DNA from: Yuukianura sp. NJ FZ-2021 | Taxonomy: Eukaryota | Length of the DNA stretch: 64,000 bases | Assembly (NCBI GenBank): GCA_046563655.1 | Contig: CM102285.1 | Coordinates: 6,634,001-6,698,000, forward strand | Direction: 5' to 3' | Shown: positions 51,801-63,783 of the stretch, one piece after another | Position numbering within the stretch: position 1 is the stretch's first letter | Layout: each line of letters begins with the position of its first letter | Translations under genes and position numbers: made by a program | Notes under the pieces: model-generated | What the model was told of the DNA's origin: nothing | Databases searched by the model: none | Seen by the model: the letters and a program-made list of their open reading frames with translations, nothing else

Positions 51801-54800
51801 CTTGTGAAAGCCCATCTGAAGTGTTCCAAGCTCAATTTTTCACCAAAAAATCATTTTTTTTCATTAAAAACTCCTCAAAAAGTCATTCTGGGCTATCCGA
51901 GGAGTCAAAATTGCAAACCGAAATTATGCTTGTGAAAGCCCATCTGAAGTGTTCCAAAGCTCAATTTTTCACCAAAAAATCATTTTTTTTCATTAAAAAC
52001 TCCCCAAAAAGTCATTCTGGGCTATCTGAGATGTCAAAATTGCAAACCGAAATTATGCTTGTGAAAGCCCATCTGAAGTGTTCCAAGCTCAATTTTTCAC
52101 CAAAAAATCATTTTTTTTCATTAAAAACTCCCCAAAAAGTCATTCTGGGCTATCTGAGATGTCAAAATTGCAAACCGAAATTATGCTTGTGAAAGCCCAT
52201 CTGAAGTGTTCCAAGCTCAATTTTTCACCAAAAAATCATTTTTTTTTCATTAAAAACTCCTCAAAAAGTCATTCTGGGCTATCTGATATGTCAAAATTGC
52301 AAACCGAAATTATGCTTGTGAAAGCCCATCTGAAGTGTTCCAAGCTCAATTTTTCACCAAAAAATCATTTTTTTTCATTAAAAACTCCCCAAAAAGTCAT
52401 TCTGGGCTATCTCAGATGTCAAAATTGCAAACCGAAATTATGCTTGTGAAAGCCCATCTGAAGTGTTCCAAGCTCAATTTTTCACCAAAAAATTATTTTT
52501 TTCATTAAATACTCCTCAAAAAGTCATTCTGGGCTATCTCAGATGTCAAAATTGCAAACCGAGATTATGCTTGTGAAAGCCCATCTGAAGTGTTCCAAGC
52601 TCAATTTTTCACCAAAAAATCATTTTTTTCATTAAAAACTCCCCAAAAAGTCATTCTGGGCTATCTCAGATGTCAAAATTGCAAACCGAAATTATGCTTG
52701 TGAAAGCCCATCTGAAGTGTTCCTAGCTCAATTTTTCACAAAAAAATCATTTTTTTTTCATTAAAAACTCCCCAAAAAGTCATTCTGGGCTATCGGAGAT
52801 GTCAAAATTGCAAACCGAAATTATGCTTGTGAAAGCCCATCTGAAGTGTTCCAGGCTCAATTTTTCACCAAAAAATCATTTTTTTTCATTAAAAACTCCC
52901 CAAAAAGTCATTCTGGGATATCCGAGGAGTCAAAAATGCAAACCGAAAATATGCGTGTTAAAGCCCATCTGAAGTGTTCCAAGATCAATTTTTCACCAAA
53001 AAATCATTTTTTTCATTAAAAACTCCCCAAAAGTCATTCTGGGCTATCTCAGATGTCAAAATTGCAAACCGAAATTATGCTTGTGAAAGCCCATCTGAAG
53101 TGTTCCAAGCTCAATTTTTCATAAAAAAATCATTTTTTTTTATTAAAAACTCCTAAAAAAGTCATTCTGGGCTATCCGAGGAGTCAAAATCGCAAACCGA
53201 AATTATGCTTGCGAAAGCCCATCTGAAGTGTTCAAAGCTCAATTTTTCACCAAAAAATCATTTTTTTTCATTAAAAACTCCTCAAAAAGTCATTCTGGGC
53301 TATCTCAGATGTCAAAATTGCAAACCGAGATTATGCTTGTGAAAGCCCATCTGAAGTGTTCCAAACTCAATTTTTCACCAAAAAATCATTTTTTTCATTA
53401 AAAACTCCCCAAAAAGTCATTCTGGGCTATCTGAGATGTCAAAATTGCAAACCGAAATTATGCTTGTGAAAGCCCATCTGAAGTGTTCCAAGCTCAATTT
53501 TTCACCAAAAAATCATTTTTTTTCATTAAAAACTCCTCAAAAAGTCATTCTGGGCTATCTGATATGTCAAAATTGCAAACCGAAATTATGCTTGTGAAAG
53601 CCCATCTGAAGTGTACCAAACTCAATTTTTCTCAAAAAAATCCATTTTTTCATTAAAAACTCCCCAAAAAGTCATTCTGGGCAATGTGTGAAGTCAAAAT
53701 TGCAAACCGAAATTATGCTTGTGAAAGCCCATCTGAAGTGTTCCAAGCTCAATTTTTCACCAAAAAGTCATTTTTTTTTTCATTAAAAACTCCTAAAAAG
53801 TCATTCTGGGCTATGTGAGGAGTCAAAATTGCAAACCCATATTTTGCTTCAGAAAGTCCATCTGAAGTGTACCAAACTCAATTTTTCTCAAAAAAATCCA
53901 TTTTTTCATTAAAAACTCCCCAAAAAGTCATTCTGGGCTATCTGAGTAGTCAAAATTGCAAACCGAGATTATGCTTGTGAAAGCCCATCTGAAGTGTTCC
54001 AAGCTCAATTTTTCACCAAAAAATTATTTTTTTCATTAAAAACTCCTAAAAAAGTCATTCTGGGCTATCTGAGGAGTCAAAATTGCAAACCGAAATTATG
54101 CTTGTGAAAGCCCATCTGAAGTGTTCAAAGCTCAATTTTATCACCAAAAAATCATTTTTTTTCATTAAAAACTCCCCAAAAAGTCATTCTGGGCTATCTG
54201 AGATGTCAAAATTGCAAACCGAAATTATGCTTGTGAAAGCCCATCTGAAGTGTACCAAACTCAATTTTTCTCAAAAAAAAATCATTTTTTCATTAAAAAC
54301 TCCCCAAAAAGTCATTCTGGGCAATGTGTGAAGTCAAAATTGCAATCCGATATTATGCTTCTGAACGCCCATCTGAAGTGTACAAAGCTCAATTTTTCAC
54401 CAAAAAATCATTTTTTTTCATTAAAAACTCCTCAAAAAGTCATTCTGGGCTATCTGATATGTCAAAATTGCAAACCGAAATTATGCTTGTGAAAGCCCAT
54501 CTGAAGTGTTCAAAGCTCAATTTTTCACCAAAAAATCATTTTTTTTCATTAAAAACTCCCCAAAAAGTCATTCTGGGCTATCTCAGATGTCAAAATTGCA
54601 AACCGAAATTATGCTTGTGAAAGCCCATCTGAAGTGTTCCAAGCTCAATTTTTCACCAAAAAATCATTTTTTTTCATTAAAAACTCCCCAAAAAGTCATT
54701 CTGGGCTATCTCAGATGTCAAAATTGCAAACCGAAATTATGCTTGTGAAAGCCCATCTGAAGTGTTCCAAGCTCAATTTTTCACCAAAAAATCATTTTTT

Positions 54801-57800
54801 TTCATTAAAAACTCCCCAAAAAGTCATTCTGGGCTATCTGAGATGTCAAAATTGCAAACCGAAATTATGCTTGTGAAAGCCCATCTGAAGTGTTCCAAGC
54901 TCAATTTTTCACCAAAAAATCATTTTTTTTCATTAAAAACTCCCCAAAAAGTCATTCTGGGCTATCTGAGATGTCAAAATTGCAAACCGAAATTATGCTT
55001 GGAAAAGCCCATCTGAAGTGTTCCAAGCTCAATTTTTCACCAAAAAAATCATTTTTTTTTCATTAAAAACTCCCAAAAAGTCATTCTGGGCTATCTGAGA
55101 TGTCAAAATTGCAAACCGAAATTATGCTTGTGAAAGCCCATCTGTAGTGTTCCAAGCTCAATTTTTCACCAAAAAATCATTTTTTTTCATTAAAAACTCC
55201 CCAAAAAGTCATTCTGGGATATCCGAGGAGTCAAAATTGCAAACCGAAATTATGCTTGTGAAAGCCCATCTGAAGTGTTCCTAGCTCAATTTTTCACAAA
55301 AAAATCATTTTTTTTTCATTAAAAACTCCCCAAAAAGTAATTCTGGGCTATCTCAGATGTCAAAATTGCAAACCGAAATTATGCTTGTGAAAGCCCATCT
55401 GAAGTGTTCCAAGCTCAATTTTTCACCAAAAAATCATTTTGTTTCATTAAAAACTAAAAAAGTCTTTCTGGGCTATCCGAGGAGTCAAAATTGCAAACCG
55501 AAATTATGCTTGTGAAAGCCCATCTGAAGTGTTCAAAGCTCAATTTTTCACCAAAAAATCATTTTTTTTCAATAAAAACTCCCCAAAAAGTCATTCTGGG
55601 CAATCTGAGATGTCAAAATTGCAAACCGAAATTATGCTTGTGAAAGCCCATCTGAAGTGTTCCAAGCTTAATTTTTCACCAAAAAATCATTTTTTTTCAA
55701 TAAAAACTCCCCAAAAAGTCATTCTGGGCAATCTGAGATGTCAAAATTGCAAACCGAAATTATGCTTGTGAAAGCCCATCTGAAGTGTTCCAAGCTCAAT
55801 TTTTCACCAAAAAATCATTTTGTTTCATTAAAAACTCCTCAAAAAGTCATTCTGGGCTATCTGATATGTCAAAATTGCAAACCGAAATTATGCTTGTGAA
55901 AGCCCATCTGAAGTGTTCCAAGCTCAATTTTTCACCAAAAAATCATTTTTTTTCATTAAAAACTCCCCAAAAAGTCATTCTGGGCTATCTCAGATGTCAA
56001 AATTGCAAACCGAAATTATGCTTGCGAAAGCCCATCTGAAGTGTTCAAAGCTCAATTTTTCACCAAAAAATCATTTTATTTTCATTAAAAACTCCCAAAA
56101 AGTCATTCTGGGCTATCTGAGGTGTCAAAATTGCAAACCGAAATTATGCTTGTGAAAGCCCATCTGAATTGTTCCAAGCTCAATTTTTCACCAAAAAATC
56201 ATTTTTTTTTCATTAAAAACTCCCCAAAAAGTCATTCTGGGCTATCTCAGATGTCAAAATTGCAAACCGAAATTATGCTTGTGAAAGCCCATCTGAAGTG
56301 TTCCAAGCTCAATTTTTCACCAAAAAATCATTTTTTTTTTCATTAAAAACTCCAAAAAAGTCATTCTGGGCTATCGGAGATGTCAAAATTGCAAACCGAA
56401 ATTATGCTTGTGAAAGCCCATCTGAAGTGTTCAAAGCTCAATTTTATCACCAAAAAATCATTTTTTTTTCATTAAAAACTCCCAAAAAGTCATTCTGGGC
56501 TATCTGAGATGTCAAAATTGCAAACCGAAATTATGCTTGTGAAAGCCCATCTGAAGTGTTCCAAGCTCAATTTTTCACCAAAAAATCATTTTTTTCATTA
56601 AAAACTCCCAAAAAGTCATTCTGGGCTATCTGAGATGTCAAAATTGCAAACCGAAATTATGCTTGTGAAAGCCCATCTGTAGTGTTCCAAGCTCAATTTT
56701 TCACCAAAAAATCATTTTTTTTTCATTAAAAACTCCTCAAAAAGTCATTCTGGGATATCCGAGGAGTCAAAATTGCAAACCGAAAATATGCTTGTTAAAG
56801 CCCATCTGAAGCGTTCCAAGATCAATTTTTCACCAAAAAGTCATTTCTTTTTTCATTAAAAACTCCCAAAAAGTCATTCTGGGCTATCTGAGATGTCAAA
56901 ATTGCAAACCGAAATTATGCTTGTGAAAGCCCATCTGAAGTGTTCCAAGCTCAATTTTTCACCAAAAAATCATTTTTTTTCATTAAAAACTCCCCCAAAA
57001 AGTCATTCTGGGATATCTGAGGAGTCAAAATTGCAAACCGAAATTATGCTTGTGAAAGCCCATCTGAAGTGTTCCAAGCTCAATTTTTCACAAAAAAATC
57101 ATTTTTTTCATTAAAAACTCCTCAAAAAGTCATTCTGGGCTATCTGATATGTCAAAATTGCAAACCGAAATTATGCTTGTGAAAGCCCATCTGAAGTGTT
57201 CCAAGCTCAATTTTTCACCAAAAAATCATTGTTTTTTTCATTAAAAACTCCTAAAAAAGTCATTCTGGGCTATCCGAGGAGTCAAAATCGCAAACCGAAA
57301 TTATGCTTGTGAAAGCCCATCTGAAGTGTTCAAAGCTCAATTTTTCACCAAAAAATCATTTTTTTTCATTAAAAACTCCCCAAAAAGTCATTCTGGGCTA
57401 TCTGAGATGTCAAAATTGCAAACCGAAATTATGCTTGTAAAAGCCCATCTGAAGTGTTCCAAACTCAATTTTCACCAAAAAAATCATTTTTTTTCATTAA
57501 AAACTCCCCAAAAAGTCATTCTGGGCTATCTCAGATGTCAAAATTGCAAACCGAAATTATGCTTGTGAAAGCCCATCTGAAGTGTTCCAAGCTCAATTTT
57601 TCACCAAAAAATCATTTTTTTTTCAATAAAAACTCCCCAAAAAGTCATTCTGGGCAATCTGAGATGTCAAAATTGCAAACCGAAATTATGCTTGTGAAAG
57701 CCCATCTGAAGTGTTCAAAGCTCAATTTTGTCACCAAAAAATCATTTTTTTTCATTAAAAACTCCCCAAAAAGTCATTCTGGGCTATCTCAGATGTCAAA

Positions 57801-60800
57801 ATTGCAAACCGAAATTATGCTTGTGAAAGCCCATCTGAAGTGTTCAAAGCTCAATTTTTCACCAAAAAAAATATTTTGTTCATTAAAAACTAAAAAAAGT
57901 CTTTCTGGGCTATCTGAGGAGTCAAAATTGCAAACCGAAATTATGCTTGTGAAAGCCCATCTGAAGTGTTCTAAGCTCAATTATTCACCAAAAAATCATT
58001 TTTTTCATTAAAAACTCCCAAAAAGTCATTCTGGGATATCCGAGGAGTCAAAATTGCAAACCGAAATTATGCTTGTGAAAGCCCATCTGAAGTGTTCCTA
58101 GCTCAATTTTTCACAAAAAAATCATTTTTTTTTCATTAAAAACTCCCCAAAAAGTAATTCTGGGCTATCTCAGATGTCAAAATTGCAAACCGAAATTATG
58201 CTTGTGAAAGCCCATCTGAAGTGTTCCAAGCTCAATTTTTCACCAAAAAATCATTTTTTTTTTCATTAAAAACTCCTAAAAAAGTCATTCTGGGCTATCC
58301 GAGGAGTCAAAATCGCAAACCGAAATTATGCTTGCGAAAGCCCATCTGAAGTGTTCAAAGCTCAATTTTTCACCAAAAAATCATTTTTTTTTTCATTAAA
58401 AACTCCCCAAAAAGTCATTCTGGGCTATCTGAGATGTCAAAATTGCAAACCGAAATTATGCTTGTGAAAGCCCATCTGAATTGTTCCAAGCTCAATTTTT
58501 CACCAAAAAAATCATTTTTTTTCATTAAAAACTCCCCAAAAAGTCATTCTGGGCTATCTCAGATGTCAAAATTGCAAACCGAAATTATGCTTGTGAAAGC
58601 CCATCTGAAGTGTTCCAAGCTCAATTTTTCACCAAAAAATCATTTTTTTTCAATAAAAACTCCCCAAAAAGTCATTCTGGGCAATCTGAGATGTCAAAAT
58701 TGCAAACCGAAATTATGCTTGCGAAAGCCCATCTGAAGTGTTCAAAGCTCAATTTTGTCACCAAAAAATCATTTTTTTTTCATTAAAAACTCCCCAAAAA
58801 GTCATTCTGGGCTATCTCAGATGTCAAAATTGCAAACCGAAATTATGCTTGTGAAAGCCCATCTGAAGTGTTCCAAGCTCAATTTTTCACCAAAAAATCA
58901 TTTTTTTTCATTAAAAACTCCTAAAAAAGTCATTCTGGGCTATCCGAGGAGTCAAAATCGCAAACCGAAATTATGCTTGTGAAAGCCCATCTGAAGTGTT
59001 CAAAGCTCAATTTTTCACCAAAAAATCATTTTTTTTCATTAAAAACTCCCCAAAAAGTCATTCTGGGCTATCCGAGGAGTCAAAATTGCAAACCGAAATT
59101 ATGCTTGTGAAAGCCCATCTGAATTGTTCCAAGCTCAATTTTTCACCAAAAAATCATTTTTTTTCATTAAAAACTCCTAAAAAAGTCATTCTGGGCTATC
59201 CGAGGAGTCAAAATCGCAAACCGAAATTATGCTTGTGAAAGCCCATCTGAAGTGTTCCAAGCTCAATTTTATCACCAAAAAATCATTTTTTTTCAATAAA
59301 AACTCCCCAAAAAGTCATTCTGGGCAATCTGAGATGTCAAAATTGCAAACCGAAATTATGCTTGTGAAAGCCCATCTGAATTGTTCCAAGCTCAATTTTC
59401 ACCAAAAAAATCATTTTTTTTCATTAAAAACTCCCCAAAAAGTCATTCTGGGCTATCTCAGATGTCAAAATTGCAAACCGAAATTATGCTTGTGAAAGCC
59501 CATCTGAAGTGTTCCAAGCTCAATTTTTCACCAAAAAATTATTTTTTTCATTAAATACTCCTCAAAAAGTCATTCTGGGCTATCTGATATGTCAAAATTG
59601 CAAACCGAAATTATGCTTGTGAAAGCCCATCTGAAGTGTTCAAAGCTCAATTTTTCACCAAAAAATCATTTTTTTTCATTAAAAACTCCTCAAAAAGTCA
59701 TTATGGGCTATCTGATATGCCAAATATCAAACCGAAATTATGCTTGTGAAAGCCCATCTGAAGTGTTCCAAGCTCAATTTTTCACCAAAAAATCATTTTT
59801 TTTCATTAAAAACTCCCCAAAAAGTCATTCTGGGCTATCTCAGATGTCAAAATTGCAAACCGAAATTATGCTTGTGAAAGCCCATCTGAAGTGTTCCAAG
59901 CTCAATTTTTCACCAAAAAATCATTTTTTTTCATTAAAAACTCCCCAAAAAGTCATTCTGGGCTATCTCAGATGTCAAAATTGCAAACCGAAATTATGCT
60001 TGTGAAAGCCCATCTGAAGTGTTCCAAGCTCAATTTTTCACCAAAAAATCATTTTTTTTCATTAAAAACTCCCCAAAAAGTCATTCTGGGCTATCTCAGA
60101 TGTCAAAATTGCAAACCGAAATTATGCTTGTGAAAGCCCATCTGAAGTGTTCCTAGCTCAATTTTTCACAAAAAAATCATTTTTTTTTCATTAAAAACTC
60201 CCCAAAAAGTAATTCTGGGCTATCTCAGATGTCAAAATTGCAAACCGAAATTATGCTTGTGAAAGCCCATCTGAAGTGTTCCAAGCTCAATTATTCACCA
60301 AAAAATCATTTTTTTCATTAAAAGCTCCCCAAAAAGTCATTCTGGGATATCCGAGGAGTCAAAATTGCAAACCGAAATTATGCTTGTGAAAGCCCATCTG
60401 AAGTGTTCCTAGCTCAATTTTTCACAAAAAAATCATTTTTTTTTCATTAAAAACTCCCCAAAAAGTCATTCTGGGCTATCTCAGATGTCAAAATTGCAAA
60501 CCAAAATTATGCTTGTGAAAGCCCATCTGAATTGTTCCAAGCTCAATTTTTCACCAAAAAATCATTTTTTTTTTCATTAAAAACTCCTCAAAAAGTCATT
60601 CTGGGATATCCGAGGAGTCAAAATTGCAAACCGAAATTATGCTTGCGAAAGCCCATCTGAAGTGTTCAAAGCTCAATTTTTCTCAAAAAAATCCATTTTT
60701 TCATTAAAAACTCCCCAAAAAGTCATTCTGGGCAATGTGTGAAGTCAAAATTGCAATCCGATATTATGCTTCTGAACGCCCATCTGAAGTGTACCAAGCT

Positions 60801-62789
60801 CAATTTTTCTCAAAAAAATCCATTTATTTCATTAAAAACTCCCCAAAAAGTCATTCTGGGCTATCTCAGATGTCAAAATTGCAAACCGAAATTATGCTTG
60901 TGAAAGCCCATCTGAAGTGTTCCAAGCTCAATTTTTCACCAAAAAATCATTTTTTTTTCTTTAAAAACTCCCCAAAAAGTCATTCTGGGCTATCTGAGAT
61001 GTCAAAATTGCAAACCGAAATTATGCTTGTGAAAGCCCATCTGAATTGTTCCAAGCTCAATTTTTCACCAAAAAATCATTTTTTTTTTCTTTAAAAACTC
61101 CCCAAAAAGTCATTCTGGGCTATCTGAGATGTCAAAATTGCAAACCGAAATTATGCTTGCGAAAGCCCATCTGAAGTGTTCAAAGCTCAATTTTATCACC
61201 AAAAAATCATTTTTTTTCATTAAAAACTCCCAAAAAGTCATTCTGGGCTATCTGAGATGTCAAAATTGCAAACCGAAATTATGCTTGTGAAAGCCCATCT
61301 GAAGTGTTCCAAGCTCAATTTTTCACCAAAAAATCATTTTTTTTCATTAAAAACTCCCCAAAAAGTCATTCTGGGCTATCTCAGATGTCAAAATTGCAAA
61401 CCGAAATTATGCTTGTGAAAGCCCATCTGAAGTGTTCCAAGCTCAATTTTTCACCAAAAAATCATTTTTTTTTTCTTTAAAAACTCCAAAAAAGTCATTC
61501 TGGGCTATCGGAGATGTCAAAATTGCAAACCGAAATTATGCTTGCGAAAGCCCATCTGAAGTGTTCAAAGCTCAATTTTTCACCAAAAAATCATTTTTTT
61601 TCATTAAAAACTCCTCAAAAAGTCATTATGGGCTATCTGATATGCCAAATATCAAACCGAAATTATGCTTGTGAAAGCCCATCTGAAGTGTTCCAAGCTC
61701 AATTTTTCACCAAAAAATCATTTTTTTTTCATTAAAAACTCCAAAAAAGTCATTCTGGGCTATCGGAGATGTCAAAATTGCAAACCGAAAATATGCTTGT
61801 TAAAGCCCATCTGAAGTGTTCCAAGATCAATTTTTCACCAAAAATTCATTTCTTTTTTCATTAAAAACTCCTCAAAAAGTCATTCTGGGATATCCGAGGA
61901 GTCAAAATTGCAAACCGAAATTATGCTTGTGAAAGCCCATCTGAAGTGTTCCTAGCTCAATTTTATCACCAAAAAATCATTTTTTTTCATTAAAAACTCC
62001 CCAAAAAGTCATTCTGGGCTATCGGAGATGTCAAAATTGCAAACCGAAATTATGCTTGTGAAAGCCCATCTGAATTGTTCCAAGCTCAATTTTTCCCCAA
62101 AAAATCATTTTTTTTTCATTAAAAACTCCCCAAAAAGTCATTCTGGGCTATCTGAGATGTCAAAATTGCAAACCGAAATTATGCTTGTGAAAGCCCATCT
62201 GAATTGTTCCAAGCTCAATTTTCACCAGAAAATCATTTTTTTTCATTAAAAACTCCCCAAAAAGTCATTCTGGGCTATCTCAGATGTCAAAATTGCAAAC
62301 CGAAATTATGCTTGCGAAAGCCCATCTGAAGTGTTCAAAGCTCAATTTTATCACCAAAAAATCATTTTTTTTTCATTAAAAACTCCCCAAAAAGTCATTC
62401 TGGGCTATCTCAGATGTCAAAATTGCAAACAGAAATTATGCTTGTGAAAGCCCATCTGAAGTGTTCCAAGCTCAATTTTTCACCAAAAAATCATTTTTTT
62501 TTCTTTAAAAACTCCAAAAAAGTCATTCTGGGCTATCGGAGATGTCAAAATTGCAAACCGAAATTATGCTTGCGAAAGCCCATCTGAAGTGTTCAAAGCT
62601 CAATTTTATCACCAAAAAATCATTTCTTTTTTCATTAAAAACTCCTCAAAAAGTCATTCTGGGATATCCGAGGAGTCAAAATTGCAAACCGAAATTATGC
62701 TTGCGAAAGCCCATCTGAAGTGTTCAAAGCTCAATTTTTCACCAAAAAATCATTTTTTTTCATTAAAAACTCCCCAAAAAGTCATTCTG
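33801..62789 (+). repeat. Satellite B (~128-bp monomer), right arm, inverted relative to the left arm, roughly 226 copies
   Basis: Unit AATTATGCTTGTGAAAGCCCATCTGAAGTGTTCCAAGCTCAATTTTTCACCAAAAAATCATTTTTTTTCATTAAAAACTCCCCAAAAAGTCATTCTGGGCTATCTGAGATGTCAAAATTGCAAACCGA starts at 33801 and again at 33929, giving a period of 128. It is the reverse complement of the left-arm unit. Confidence 0.99.
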
Positions 62790-62803
62790 GAGCCGAGAGC
62801 TGT
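62790..62803 (+). repeat. Left terminal inverted repeat
   Basis: GAGCCGAGAGCTGT, the exact reverse complement of 63770-63783. Confidence 0.95.
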
Positions 62804-63107
62804 CCTTCATGATTAGATTAGGCAATAGCTTAATCTACTCCTAAGCAAAAGAAAAACCGGGTTTTATTTGGAGATCATACTCCAAAAAGAGTTTAGATTA
62901 AGCTAATTTTTGGCTTAGCTTTAATCCAACTTTCCGTTCCCCCACGTAGCGCGCCGGACAGTGTTCCCAGTGGAAACTTTCTCTTAAGGGAGACGACTGT
63001 GAGTTCAAAACCTGCAGCAGATGTAATTTTTTTTATTTTGTCCGAACATGCCCACTCATATAATATTGCCTTTCAGGGATGGCAGGTGACCCCAACATGT
63101 CCAAGAA

Positions 63108-63482
63108 AGGTCAAAGGTCAAGCCAAATTCGGTTGACCCCACGTGACCTCAAATATTAACTGCACAAAAGGGTTTCCTTAAGAAAACACTCATCCTACGC
63201 ATAACACAAGAACATGCGTGACTCAGCTGAGGTCCACAGGTAATTCTTAACTTGAAGTGACCTGACCTTTGACCTTGAAGGAGTGTAACTAGCTCGTGCA
63301 TAGCATTGAACAACAAATTGAGACAGACCAGCATTAAAGCACTCATTTTAGATGCCAAGTTGGGTCATTCGCTGTTGACCTCACGTTTGACCTCAACAAG
63401 GGGTGGCGGGAATATGTATCGTACACAAAAAAGATTATCTAGTTAATGGAAACAAGTTTTGGGTAGGTCATTTCATAGGTCA
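63108..63482. promoter_or_regulatory. Cluster of RGGTCA/TGACCY half-sites, including two perfect DR1 elements in inverted orientation (function unknown)
   Basis: AGGTCAAAGGTCA (63108-63120), TGACCCcacgTGACCT (63134-63149), TGACCT (63258), TGACCTtTGACCT (63263-63275), GGGTCA (63362), TGACCT (63376 and 63388), AGGTCA (63465 and 63477). The motifs are seen directly; a regulatory role is inferred. Confidence 0.4.
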
Positions 63483-63769
63483 AAGGCGTCAAATTCGCCA
63501 ATAAACGAAAGTTTTTGCCTTAACCCAAAAGATAAAGCTGGTCCGGAGTGGTTTTTGTTTTAGCATCAAAATCTGATTAGATTTGTGAGGTGTGATCTCT
63601 GAAAATCTTAAACCGTATTAACTTTCCGGGTGATCACACCCTAATCACTTTTTTTTGTGTTAACACAAGATTATCTCGAGTTTAGCGAAAATCAGAAAAA
63701 AAGAGATTAGCGGTTTTGGTGTGCTCGTCGTTTCTTCTTAATCCGGAAATAAATTTCGCTAATACAGGC

Positions 63770-63783
63770 ACAGCTCTCGGCTC
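63770..63783 (-). repeat. Right terminal inverted repeat
   Basis: ACAGCTCTCGGCTC, the exact reverse complement of 62790-62803. Confidence 0.95.

Larger units (their letters stand above)
62790..63783. mobile_element. 994-bp non-autonomous TIR DNA transposon (MITE-like), tentatively PIF/Harbinger (PHIS) group
   Basis: Perfect 14-bp TIRs GAGCCGAGAGCTGT (62790-62803) and ACAGCTCTCGGCTC (63770-63783), flanked by CTG (62787-62789) and CTG (63784-63786). Removing the element plus one CTG restores the intact monomer GTCATTCTGGGCTATCC. There is no transposase ORF. The superfamily call rests only on the 3-bp CWG TSD. Confidence 0.9.

Noticed and set aside
7083..62789. Homopolymer length differences (A7-A10, G2-G4, T4-T7) as an informative code
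   Set aside because: They cannot be distinguished from replication slippage or long-read homopolymer error without raw data.
6858..62816. Numerous 60-213 aa ORFs with repeated peptides (MSKLQTEIMLVKAHLKCSKLNFSPKNHFF...)
   Set aside because: They are translations of the 128-bp monomer. The period is not a multiple of 3, frames switch at variable homopolymer runs, and the strand flips with the array. Those at 6858-7264 read through N bases.
62940..63025. Functional tRNA gene
   Set aside because: No convincing 7-bp acceptor stem or canonical 7-nt anticodon loop could be built. It is kept only as a low-confidence Pol III-like relic.
63149..63358. 69-aa minus-strand ORF inside the transposon as a transposase remnant
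   Set aside because: It is short, has no recognisable DDE, HTH or Myb motif, and overlaps the TGACC motif cluster; most likely a chance ORF.
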